A stretch of DNA of 64,000 nucleotides from Balanoglossus misakiensis (taxonomy: Eukaryota; Animalia; Hemichordata): positions 7,273,919-7,337,918 of the forward strand of contig CM082584.2 of assembly GCA_040954595.2 (NCBI GenBank), written 5' to 3'. This document shows, one piece after another, positions 1 to 12,200 of the stretch (its first letter is position 1; each line of letters starts with the position of its first letter). Position numbers and translations under genes: made by a program. The notes beneath the pieces are model-generated. The model saw only the letters and a list, made by a program, of their open reading frames with translations, searched no databases and was not told the origin of the DNA.

Positions 1-232
1 CACAGTTGCGACAGCACGCTGTGAAATAACACCGAGGGCAGTCAACTTTTTGGGGGGCTTGTCGTATCTTATACAGAATCAACTTGAGGCAAGTGATTCA
101 TTTCACGTCTGGAGAACTTTATCATATTTCGTACATGAAATGTATTTTTATAGATGTCAATACATTCGCACCCGAAGGCGGTTTTATAAGATTTCATTTT
201 TTTTATCAGTTCACATTTTTGATTTGTTTCAG

Positions 233-3200
233 GGGCAGAAGAGTGCAAACGCGTGAACGAACAGTTGATCTGTCCCCTCTGCCGGGCCAACTGGAATCTG
301 GTGGGCCAGTTCAGCGATTCCGAAAACCCAGTCGACGCCACAATCGTGCCGCCCAATACCAGATCCTCCTCACCGGTTCCCAGTGAGGTAGTGCTACCTC
401 AGGCCGAGCCTATACCGGTGGAACATGCGAAGAAAGCTCAGCCCTGGATTGAGGTGGGTTTTTGCAAAGTTAAGCAAGCAGTTGTCTCATTTAAAGGGAC
501 AAAGGATATTAGAGTAAAAATCTCGCCAAAATGATTAAAAGGTAAACACCAATTATTCATTTTGACGAGTTTTTCACTCTCATGTCTGCAAGTGGGATGG
601 AAGTTGTATGTGGTCGGACGTTCATTCACTATATATACACATGTAGAATAACATAAATGGTGTCTTGTATCAAACATAATTAATGGAAAAAGGGCAGCGA
701 GAGAGAGACTTTGTCCCTTTAATAAACCTAGACAGTGGTGCTGTTCTCTCCCTGTGTCAAATCCTCCATCCTGTGTTTATATACAAATGCACACATTTGC
801 CACTTGACTGTTTATCGCCCCTGCAGGTGTTTGGCAATGAACTGGTCTGCTGTTTGTTTTCCCGGAACTGGGTGACCAGAGAGACTGGTCTTCATCGTCT
901 GTCGCGCGACGTGGTCGGCGCGTTGTTGCCGGGCGTCGGCGAGGGACGGGCGACCGCCAACGTGACGGTGGCCAGACAAGTGACCAGCAACTCGGTTCTT
1001 GAGAACTGCTGCCACGTCTTAGCCATGATGTGCGGGGATCCAGTGTATAAAGTGTACATTGCAGCTTTGGTGAGTTTTCTAGAATTAATTAAGGAATATG
1101 CGTTTCATCCAAAAGAAATGAATGAAATAAAAAAGGGGAAAATGAACTTTTGTAGATCATTGATGTTTCAGTGTGATTTTGATTTTACTGCATGCTCCTT
1201 GCATCATGATGTTTGCTTCCATTTTATAAGCAAGATAAGCTATTTCTCATCGACTCAAATTACCTGTCCTTATTTATAAACACCAGAATGATGCACATTT
1301 CCCTTGAGGGGCTTATTACTTTTTCAAACGAGCATGTTATGAAAGTATGTTAGCAAAATACACTGACTTTACTCTAAAATATATATGTACTCCATTTTGT
1401 ATGCACATCTTATCAGGGAAACTATTTCTCAAGATAACAGTCCAATCCTGCCGATCGCAAATATCTCCACTTTGTCTTCTTTCCACCAGTATTTCCAACT
1501 TCTCTATTCAAATCACCTCTGATCTCTTTCCTGTTTCTTCCTTTACTTTCCAAAATTTATGTTCAGAATTTTTTCTTAGGCATTGGCAAGCACTAACAAG
1601 GTTCTGACTGGCATGTGTTAAAAAAATCTTGCTGAAACCTCTGCTCTTGTCTCTTTTACAATGCACATATCATCATCCGAGGTATCTCACTACTATTCTG
1701 CCTCTTTCTATCTTCTTCTTTAGTCTCTTCTTATCTCTGTTTTTGGCGTCTTTAAAGGGCTGTGTGCTTCCTGTCTGCTGTTATGTCTAAGTTTGATTTG
1801 GCGCCTGACTGTGTTGTCCCTGCTGTATGACTATGAGTAATCTTCTGCAGGGGAGAAATTTCACTGCCAGAGATGGAAGACGAAATTGAAGAACTGATAT
1901 GATAGCACTTCCTTCCGTCATTGATCACCTCTGACCTCTCACCTTTGGTGACCTTGCAAGCATTTGTGAAATTCCACGGCACGACAGTCGCTGTGAAGAA
2001 AGTTGCCCTACTTCTCGACTATTTCTGGCGCACTATTAAAAAAGTTCATTGACTTCTTAGCTTTCTGTGCGAGCCTGACCTTACTCGTATTAAACTGTGG
2101 TGAGATTTCCTCTCTCGGAGATTCCAGTTTCAATCCACCCACTCACACTCTTTCATTAACCGTCTTTTTGGGCTGCAGAGTTAATAATTTTGCTGACTTT
2201 ACCGTCTCTACTTGTTACAGAGGACTCTGCGGTCAATGTTGGCGTATGTGCCGTGTCGTGACGAGCAGCAGACGCAGCGTCTGCAGTCATATCTGAAACC
2301 AGTCATTGAAGCGATACTTTTCAAATGTGCCGATGGAAATAGGTAAAATTTACAAATTGTAGTCTGAGTAGTTCAAAGTGGATTAGTTGTCGTGGACTTG
2401 CAACCTTACTACATTGTTGATTAGAGATGTTGCTGACTTCATGTAATCTTTACACTGTACCAGGCGAACAAGTCAGCTGTCGATATCAACTTTGGTGGAA
2501 TTGTGTCGCGGTCAGGACGGAGAACTTGCCATAGGGAGAGAAATTGTCAACCCAGGTGAGAAGCCAGCTGTGATTTGCCGCAGTCACTGTGTTGCATGCG
2601 TGTTTGTGTATGTGTGTCCTACATGGTCGTGTTCGAAACTCTATCCTGACACTTGACCAGTTTCCACCTCTCTCTCCTGTGCAGGTGCTAGTGGCATTGG
2701 TGGAGTCAAGTTTCTGATGACGACGATCGTGGAATCGACAAACTCCAGCACTTCATCAAATTGGCAGTGGCTGCTGGGACGACTGTACGTGATCGACAAA
2801 CTCCTGAATGAGTTTCCCGGGGAGTTCTCCCTGGGCCCGTGCCGGGACAATAACGAGACGGGCGATTCCGGCTACGCCTCCCGGCAGAACTACGAGAACC
2901 AGGACTTCCTGATGTCGGTGCTGAAGTTCGCCATGCCCGCCGTCACCAACCCGCACGTCAGCGTGGCCAAGTTCGCCAAGCGGATCTTCGTGAACGTGGC
3001 GCGCGTGGTCGTGCACGCGCCGGAGATCTTCGGGCGGGTGTTCGCCATGCTGGAGGACCTGCCGCCGTCGCCGGGGAAGCGCATGAAGCGCCGGCTGCTC
3101 GGGGTGAACGAGGAGTACCAGACGGAGCGGGAGAGGGCGCTGCGGATATACCAGGACGAGGACTTCACCGAGCCGCTGACGCCGCACGCCACGCCGGCCG

Positions 3201-6200
3201 ACACCCCGAGTCACGGATCCCCGAACACGTCGCCGCACAGCACCGTGGAGCTGGACGCTTTTGTCAGCGTCGCGCAGCGGACTCTGCAGAAACAGGAACT
3301 GTACGACACTCACATCGACAGGGGGTGTCCGGAGGGAGTCCTGACCCCGCCGCTGACGCCCAAAGAGAAGAAACCGGACGGTCTCCAGTCGTCGGGCGCC
3401 AGATCCGACGACTGCGAAGCCTCCACCAGCCAATCGGAGGCCGAGACGGAGGTGGACGGCGCCCGGCCCACGCGCCCCAAATGCTTCACCTTCTCCGAGT
3501 CCGCCAGCCGGAAGTCGCCGGGCGGCAAGAAGGGCAAGGGGAAGAAGTCGAGCAAGAGCAAATCGCTGGAGAGGAACTCGTCGCAGGAGAGGGCGTCCGA
3601 CGCCACGGAGGACCTGTCGGATCTATCGTCGGTCTTCTCGCCGGTGTCGCCGAGCGAGGCGCCGGTGTCCTTCAAAAGCGAGGTTGCCTCGCAGTCGCCG
3701 AAACACCAGCCGAAGTACCAAGAGGACGTGTCGAAGTTGCACTGCTGCCAAGAGATGGTGGCAGCTGAGGAAGCAGAGGCGTTCGCGATGGCCATGGAGT
3801 CCTCCGTGACGCAGACAGCTTTACCCATGGTGCCCGGCTTGTCCAGCGAGGAAGAGGATGAATTCACTGTCCATGTAATACCAGAAGTGAGTCCAGCTGT
3901 CATAAATCCAGCACATCCTTATATTAAATGACAAATACTGTGTAATGATATATTAAAAATTAAAAATGCAAAACCCAATCATTTTCATGATTAATTAAAT
4001 CTTCTATGATTTGGTGACATGTTATCACTATGAAAGCTGGATGTGGTTTTGATCCAAATCAAATGCTTAATCAAAACTGATCTTTTTCCCCCCACCCAAT
4101 TTTAGGGAGGTGTTCAAAACGAAAAGGGCAGTTTGTACATGGAGCGCGAACACTGGATCAAGGGACAGCTGATCGGCTCGGGGGCGTTCTCGACATGTTA
4201 CCAGGCCAGAGATGTTAAAAGTGGCACCATCATGGCAGTCAAACAAGTAAGTCAACACTTCTGAACACCAACCTGTTTGGGGGCGACTTGCCCATTCATT
4301 TTAGTGTCACAATATTTTAAACGAAATTTTTGTGGAAGCAAAATACTTTGTGTGTCAGAGTCCATATTAGTTTTGCCATTAAAATTAATATTATCTTTGT
4401 GTGTTTATCGTTGACCAATTTTCGCAACTTCTGTTCCGTCACAGGTTTCGTTTTGCCGGAACTCCAAGGCAGATCAAGAGAAAGTGGTGGCAGCGATACT
4501 TGAGGAGATTGCCATGATGGCTCGCATGGATCACCCGAACGTCTCGCGGCTGATCGGCGCCACCCAGCAGGGCGCTCATTTCAACCTCTTTGTGGAGTGG
4601 ATGCCTGGTACGTGAAAGTGGAAATATTAGAGGCCATTTTCTTGTTCTGCAGGATAAAACACATGTTTTCTTGAACGCTTATATACGTGAAATATTTTTT
4701 CAAATTTATGAGATAAGCAGGACAGGAAAAAATGCAGATTTGGGAATTTTAGAACAGTGCGTACGTCATACGTGTGTTGGCATGGGGCGTTCACTTCTCT
4801 CAGACGTATTTGAAGCGTGGCCAACAGTATTCGAGAAGCCATCAATGAATTTTTACGACCGTGTTTGAAATATTTTTGGTAATCACAATGCAGTCGTATA
4901 GTCTCTACCGGAATTCTTGCAGACGTGTTCTAATATTCTGTGTCTTGTGCCCTGGATTTTAAAATGCTTCACATGATTTATGTTAACTCGGAGCGTATGC
5001 ATGTTGCCTAACCCGAGGAATTCCAGCATCTTCAGTGACGTGACATTCTTCTTCTCTACCAACCTAGGTGGTTCAGTGTCGTCAATACTAGAGAAATACG
5101 GGGCATTCCAAGAGGTGGTCATCGTGCGGTACATGAGACAGATGCTGCATGGGATAGCCTACCTGCACGAAAACCAGGTCATCCACAGAGATCTCAAAGG
5201 TAAGATTGTGCCAGAATCTCCTTGTCCTTCATCAAATCGGCATCAGGACTTAATCCAGTGGGATCTTTCTATTTTCATATAAATTAGGGTCTGGAACCCT
5301 GTAATTTATCATGGTTTATCCAAATCACGCAGAAAAACTGAGAATGTCGCTTTTGACTTCCAGGTGCTAATCTACTGGTGGACAGCACAGGACACCATCT
5401 GAGAATCGCTGACTTCGGTGCGGCGGCCAGAATGGTTGCCAAGACGACCATGACCGGAGAGTTCCAGGGGCAGCTGCTTGGAACTATTGCCTTCATGGCA
5501 CCAGAGGTGAGAGTTCATTGCAAAATCTACCACAGTTGTAGGCTGTTTTATAATCGAACCCACAATAGAAGTCACAGAACAGGGTAGAGTCTGTCCACCA
5601 TTGTTCCCACAATACTTATATTGGACCTGGGGTAATGACTGTCATTATAGAAGATTTACTGCAGGACCCTCACATATAAGAAAGTCAACTTAAAATAAAT
5701 AGATGGTAGTGTCTACCAAATGTGCAAAAAAGTTTTAAAAAAACTGAAATGTTGACTTCATTTTTGATTTGATATTTGTAGGTACTTCGGGGTGAGACGT
5801 ATGGCAGGAGCTGTGATATCTGGAGTATGGGGTGCTGTCTGGTTGAGATGTCCACATCCAAGCCGCCCTGGAACGCCGGGGAGTTGTCCAATCATTTGGC
5901 TCTCATATTCAAGGTGAGTGAATACATCCCCTGTCTCTTAATGGACTGCGCCGACTTTTCAGTGAAGACAAGGAGACAAGGCCAAACCATTGTTGTAACA
6001 GAGTTGAAATCTGGCATGGCATAGTAGTGTACAATTGTAGCCATATACTTGCTGAACTGTCAACATTTTGATCCATCTTTTCCACAGATTGCTTCGGCAC
6101 AAGGTCCGCCGAAGATTCCGGATTACCTATCGCCGGCACTGCGCGATCTGGGATTGCGTTGCCTGGAACACCAGCCGGAAAACAGACCCCCAGCAAAGGA

Positions 6201-6234
6201 GCTTCTGAAACACTCTGTCTTCACAAGATATTGA
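233..6234 (+). CDS. MAP3K1: Mitogen-activated protein kinase kinase kinase 1 (MEKK1), 3' portion: end of RING/PHD, TOG-like region, acidic linker, Ser/Thr kinase domain; 5' exons lie upstream of the window
   Basis: Exons 233-453, 827-1069, 2221-2342, 2464-2555, 2685-3886, 4106-4246, 4445-4607, 5068-5199, 5364-5506, 5782-5913, 6088-6234 (TGA), all AG/GT-bounded and in frame. MEKK1-typical peptides: [121 protein letters not shown]. Confidence 0.96.
495..718. mobile_element. Non-autonomous Kolobok-like DNA transposon (MITE) in a MAP3K1 intron
   Basis: TTAA-AGGGACAAAG ... CTTTGTCCCT-TTAA: 10-bp TIR with TTAA on both sides; same termini as the element at 49253-49570. Confidence 0.65.
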
Positions 6235-6792
6235 TTGGTCAGATGAATTTCAGGTGGATCTCAAGGGAAAAAAACTTGTCTACCTCAGAGCGGGGATGAA
6301 AGAAAAGTGCATGATTGGATTTCCTTTTTAGATGTGGATAAAAACGATAAAACGGGTCAAGGGACAGATAATTTTTTTTATCTGAATTAAGAGCCAGTGT
6401 TTGGCTACACCGGGGAGAAACTGGGACCCACAGTCCACGTGTAAATACAAACCTGCGGACTCAAGTTTGCTTACAACTCATGCATTTGCTGCAGAATGAA
6501 TTACAATCTGCGGTATGAGAACACAGATACACAACTCAAGAATTCTGCAGAGTAAAAATGCAAGATTTTTTTTAAAGAAAAGACTCTTGTAAATATCTCG
6601 TCACTGGTGAAGATTCCCGTGAGGAGTCATCTGAGCTTTTCCTCACAACTTTGGAAATTCATCTGATGTGAAGGAAATCAGAAAGTGTCTCCGAGATCAC
6701 GGTGGGACGGCCAGAAATATGAACACTGAGTGGATGTAGTGTGTTATCCAAAACAAGAATTAACAGCACCATCGATGTGTCTTTTGGATAAA

Positions 6793-6855
6793 ACCCTTTC
6801 ACCACCATGGTTTGGTCCAAATCCATTGATTTTTTATGACCTCTAAAGAGGGAAC
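6793..6855 (+). mobile_element. Truncated copy of the ~85-bp piggyBac-like MITE in the MAP3K1 3' region
   Basis: ACCCTTTCACCACCATGGTTTGGTCCAAATCCATTG...GACCTCTAAAGAGGGAAC aligns with the copies at 56064-56148 and (reverse) 20613-20697. Confidence 0.6.
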
Positions 6856-8566
6856 AACAAACACTGCAGAATTATATATACCTTGGGGTATGTCATTTTA
6901 ATATGGACAAATATTGTCTTTTAAGTAAAGGAGAATTGCAGGCAGTTTTTAATGGAAGAACTTTTATGGGTGTAACAGACCAAAATATAAAGTGCAGAGC
7001 ACATTAGTTTTTACCCAACCACTGAACTGTAAATTTTATGGGAAGGAAGTACTGGTAGTTGTTGTAAAAAGTTTTACAGGGAATGTTGACATTTTCTGCC
7101 CAAGATTTGTTTAGGAAAAATACGCACTTGTTGCTGTATGGGTTCAATTTAGAACTCACTTTTAACTTCATGTTTTTGTTTTATGCCCCCTTTTGGAAAG
7201 CTGTCCTCCCCTTTCTGCCATTAGAGTGGTTTAACCCAACCCTCTTCAGGCAATAAGTATGAGGAAGATAGGGCGAGATTGCGAGTTTATGTCTAGGAGA
7301 AAAATAGGCCATTGCAACTAACAACAGATCACATACTACATTGAAAACAAAATTGTCAGCTGCAGTTATTTACAAAACCATGGTGTGAAGTTTCCTGTGT
7401 CCTCGGTAAAATATTTTGTAGAACTTCAAAACTATTTTTTTATTTTTGCTGAATGCCCTCAGGCTGTTAAACACCCACACAAGAGTTGAAAATCTTTTAT
7501 GCCATAATAATAACCTAAAGCTTATCTGAATGGGATTTTGAATTTTTAAGCTATGTGCCATACATTATCACCATGGAAACAGCTTATTATCATTTCCATG
7601 GCAATCGCTGTGTTCTATACCCTATTTCGGGGATTATTCTTTCAATATTGAAAAGAATACCTCCCAACCTTCATTGATTTGAGCGAATTGAGGTCAAGGG
7701 TCGTGAAAAGGCATTTCCTCTGACCACAGGAAGTTAGGCGTATCACAAGTTGAGATATCTCAGTTTGCCATCCTCTCTATGCACACACCTACACAGTGCC
7801 TTTAGAGAAGGGTTCAGTGTCGTTCAACAGTTTCACAAGTGACCTTTTGACCTTTTTGCATGGTGCACTGTAAAACTATAGCAGAGCAACACAAAGAGAG
7901 ACAGAAGAACCCAGAATGAATTCCCAAGATTCTCGATGTAACTGTAATATCAGATATAACATTCCTCTCTCTGACTACCCGAATTAACATACAGTACTAA
8001 ATTACCTTTTTCTCCCTCTGTGTCTTCTTCACGGCCAAATGGTTGTGATTTCTGTAATTCCTGTCAAATCTGGCTTTGCGAGGTCCGTCCATCAGCTCCT
8101 TTGATTCAGCCAGCCCAGTTTAAAAGCTTAATATGCTTCAGTACTACTTGCCACAGAGCCTGATAGTAGAGATGGGATGGGTTTTTCCTGAGTGTGAGAT
8201 TTGCCAATACAACTCTATATTTGAAGATCTTGAAATTGAGTTTCTTGAGACCTTCACGCTCAACAGACTAGGGTTCTCGACCTTTCCTATGGGACCTACC
8301 ACTAACTTGCCTTGATATTCGTAATGTTGTTTTCATTGTTGTGAAATGTATCTGTACCAGTGCCTTTCTTCTAAGCTAGTTTATTTTAACAATATCTTTT
8401 TTTTTCTAAATCATGCCAGGAAATTCATAGTTTCCTAAAAAATACACCATGACTGTAGCAATAATTGTGAACAAATCATGTTTTTAAGAAAGATATGGCT
8501 GTACTTAAAAGAAGCTGAAATGTAAATTTTTAACGGTGTGATTGTAGTGATATTTTGTAAAACGTT

Positions 8567-8572
8567 AATAAA
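8567..8572 (+). promoter_or_regulatory. Candidate polyadenylation signal of MAP3K1 (implies a 3' UTR of about 2.3 kb)
   Basis: AATAAA followed by GT-rich sequence, upstream of the next gene start; no transcript evidence. Confidence 0.4.
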
Positions 8573-9217
8573 ACTTGTAAAAATTAAATGATTGATGGTG
8601 TTGTGGATATTATTTGAGTGAATGCAGACAGATTGCATGTTGCCAGAAATAAGTTTACAAGTGCCTAGGATGTGAGTGCAGATATTGAATGTCATAGGCT
8701 TGTGGAGAACACTGACAGTCGTATGGGCTGTATGTTCGTGTGTAAATTGAGAAACAATATGTTTATGTTACCTTTCCAACAAACTAGCTTGAGGTCTTCA
8801 GGACAAATATCACTTTTCACTCCTGGTTGTTGTTAGATACAGGCCATGTACAATGTACCACCATATGTCACAGCTATGACGGCGCCCATGTTGAATACCG
8901 CCACCTTGTGTTATATTTTTGAAATCGATTGTTTTCCAGTACTTTTCTCTGATGACTTTGATACTTTGTAGGCAATGCATAAACATTTTATGATTAGCAA
9001 ACCTGCAATTTTTTTAGTTTGGAAATGTGTAGAATATGTGACACATACTCTACACATTTCTACACATTTTTGCAATCAGTTGTTTGCAGAGAGAAAGAGG
9101 AAATTATTTTTAGCGTGGTTGAGTGGTCATTTTGATGAACAAAGTCTAACATAAGTAGGCTTTCTGTCCATCAAATGCCGGAGAACTGCACGTAGTCCCC
9201 GATCCCCATCCTCAGAA

Positions 9218-12200
9218 ATGGTAGCTCAAGCCCAAAGTTGCTGTTCCATGTCGATCGACAAAGACTGCGGCTGCAAAAAATTATTAGGCGCATGTCTGCT
9301 TTTACTGGGAGGTGTGTGGGTCGGTCAGAAGATACGATGGTTGCGGAAATATTTGCTGTTGAAGCAGAGAGCGGCCGAGAAGAGGGAACAGGTGGAGAAG
9401 AGCAAAGAAGATCTCCGTGAAAAACTGAAAACAGACGACGAGGTAAACTACGATTTCACATTGAATATTTCGTTTGGCATGATATCAATAAATAATACGA
9501 AAACTGTCGGTAATTTTACCGATTATCCCACTTCTAACGGCCGGTGCGGCGTCCTTCGTATGCGGGTGACCTCAAGTTAAGGTCATCGCATTGAAAATCA
9601 CGTATGCACGGATACACGAAATGAACAACTACTCAGTGACGATCGACGGCACATGTCTATCAAACGTGAACCAAAATATCATAATTTAAGCTTTACCGAC
9701 TTTTTTCCTCAATATAACCAGACTCGATTTGTGACTCACATCACGTACAGCAGCGCATATTTACAATAGACGTCCGTCCTACTTTAACAATTTTGACATA
9801 TAGTCAATTACCGGTACATCATGTGATACATGTACATGTACTTTGTCGGAGGGCTTCCAAATAAAATGTATGTCAGTGAACAAAAATATTTTAAGACTTG
9901 ATTAAGTTAAGAACAACTAGATTGAATTTATCCCTACTACAGTTAGGCCATGGACAAATGTGTAAAAATGCAGTTATGCATTGACAAGGTCAGGTCACAT
10001 TAGTTATTCATTGACTTTTTGTTTTGGTCGATCGATCCCACAGTCACAAGGATGGTATTATTTGATATAAAGTCAACAGAAAACACTGAGCAGATCTGCT
10101 TCATGAAAATAATTACATACAGCATTTGCTAGTCAAAATGTCCCGAACCCAGCATGGTTGATAAAAAAAATGTTATATGCAGATGAGAAAAATAGTCCCT
10201 GGAATTTAAAAATACACACAACAAAAACAACTATTTTAATCAGGAAAAGTGCTATTTTAGTCTGTTTGCAATCACAATGAAATTTGTATGTCAAACTAAT
10301 GAATGGAATTTCTATGAATATGAAAATGACCAATTGTAGGTTTTTTTTATGAAAAAGCATCATAAAATATAAATCATGTGTAATGATGTGTCATTTTCTA
10401 GGGATTCTCCGGGTTTGAAATTTAAGTATTAAGTATGTACATATACACCACTAGACTTTCAATTTTATGTAATACAACAAAATCAAAAATCTTGTTATCC
10501 TTTTCATCATGAAATGTAACTTTATTGATTTGTTTTTGCTGCAGGCAGAGCTAGCCAAGAGAGAAGAAATTGTTTCAAAGCCTCTGCTTGAACTCTCGGC
10601 AGCATTGAAGTCAGGAGAGTTAACACCAGTACAGGTCCTGCACGCTTTCCAAGCCAAGGTAAGATTGTCGTTAGGGGGGAGGAGAGACAGACCAGGAAAT
10701 CCCTAAGGGGAGGGGAAGGGGAAGGGGAATGAGAGAGACAGATATACAGACAGAGGTAAACATTTCTATTCCCAGTATGACAAGAAACTTACACAAAGCA
10801 GTCCCTTTGAAGACAAAATAGAATGAGTTATATTTCACGTCACTAAGAAAATTCATTACAGCTTTATTATTAGAATTTTAGTAAAAATAGAGAGATTGCG
10901 CGTGTAACTTGATTTATCAGGTTTTTTTATAATTTATTGAACTATAATTTATACTGTCAGGCAATGGAAGCTACCAAAGAGACTAACTGTGTGACTGAAC
11001 CTATCTTGGAAGCTGAGGTAAGAAGCATTTTCAATCCATCTCCAATATACATGGCCCAAGTGGCTTTCACCTCTACACAGCATTGTTAAATATGTTGATA
11101 TAAATTTCTTCACAGCTGTCAACATAAAAAATTCATGGCTCATATCGTAAATGTGACGATTTATTTTGGATATTTTTACGCAGAGTTGGGCAAAGGAACT
11201 AGAAGAGAACGGCGATCGGAGTGGAATGTTGTATGGCATCCCTGTCAGTGTCAAGGAGAACATTCACATTGCAGTAAGACACTTTTTTTTGTTTAAACTT
11301 GTCTCAGTCCATGCTTTTCTCAATACAAAAGACAAAGTGAAGTGAGCAAGAATCGAGAGATATGCTCATGATTTTCATTTGAGAATGCGAACATCGACCT
11401 TGTTTTAAAATAATTTAATGCAGCAATTTCATGTCCCTGATGTGCCCTCTTAGTTTTAACGGTAAAACTGTACGTCTCATACTAGTACTGAGCAGGAATT
11501 GAAGTCGCAAATGCATTCTTTGGGTTTTTGTTTAAAACGAATTTAAATACAGTTTCATCAACAGAGAATTGGAGTCTCCTCACAAGATACGTTTATAGTG
11601 AGGCGATTGTATTTCTTTAAAATTCCAGTAACTGAAAGGATCTCAAAAACCTTGCTTGCTTGTACAGAACATTGATTCGTACCCTACTGTTATGCATTAC
11701 AGTTTCTATCGCCTAGACTTCACACCTGTTTCTGTCAATCTGTCATTATTATTGCAGGGTTACGACTCCACCATGGGCTTTGCGAAATTCCTGGACATGC
11801 CGGCCAGCAGTGACAGTGTTGTCATTCAGGTGCTGCGGAGTCATGGCGCTGTGCCGTTTGTGAAAACTAACATTCCACAGTCTCTCCTCAGGTCAGTCAA
11901 TTTTGCATGATTGACAGATTCGCCAATTTCGTAAGTCTACCGCCCTCACGCAGCCGTGACAACTTCAAAACTCATAGCGAGGCCAATGGGGTCAACTCTT
12001 CCCCATTGGCCTTGCTTTGAGTGTGTAAACATATTAGAATGACAGCATTTCATTCCTATGACAGTCCAGAAAACAATTCTAAATTATATCTGGAAAGTTT
12101 TGAAGAAACAAGCATTCCGAATTTCTTCCCAAAAAACAGCTATTCCTGTGGAAACACGGTATACGGGAAAACATCCCATTCGATGGATCCAAACCGTGGG

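Noticed and set aside
1910-2050. Plus-strand peptide GTTVAVKK resembling kinase subdomain II in a MAP3K1 intron
   Set aside because: No Gly-rich loop or downstream kinase motifs; probably coincidental
2756-3903. Long overlapping ORFs (225, 197, 147 and 104 aa) on other frames and strands
   Set aside because: Shadows of the GC-rich MAP3K1 exon; no recognisable protein motifs
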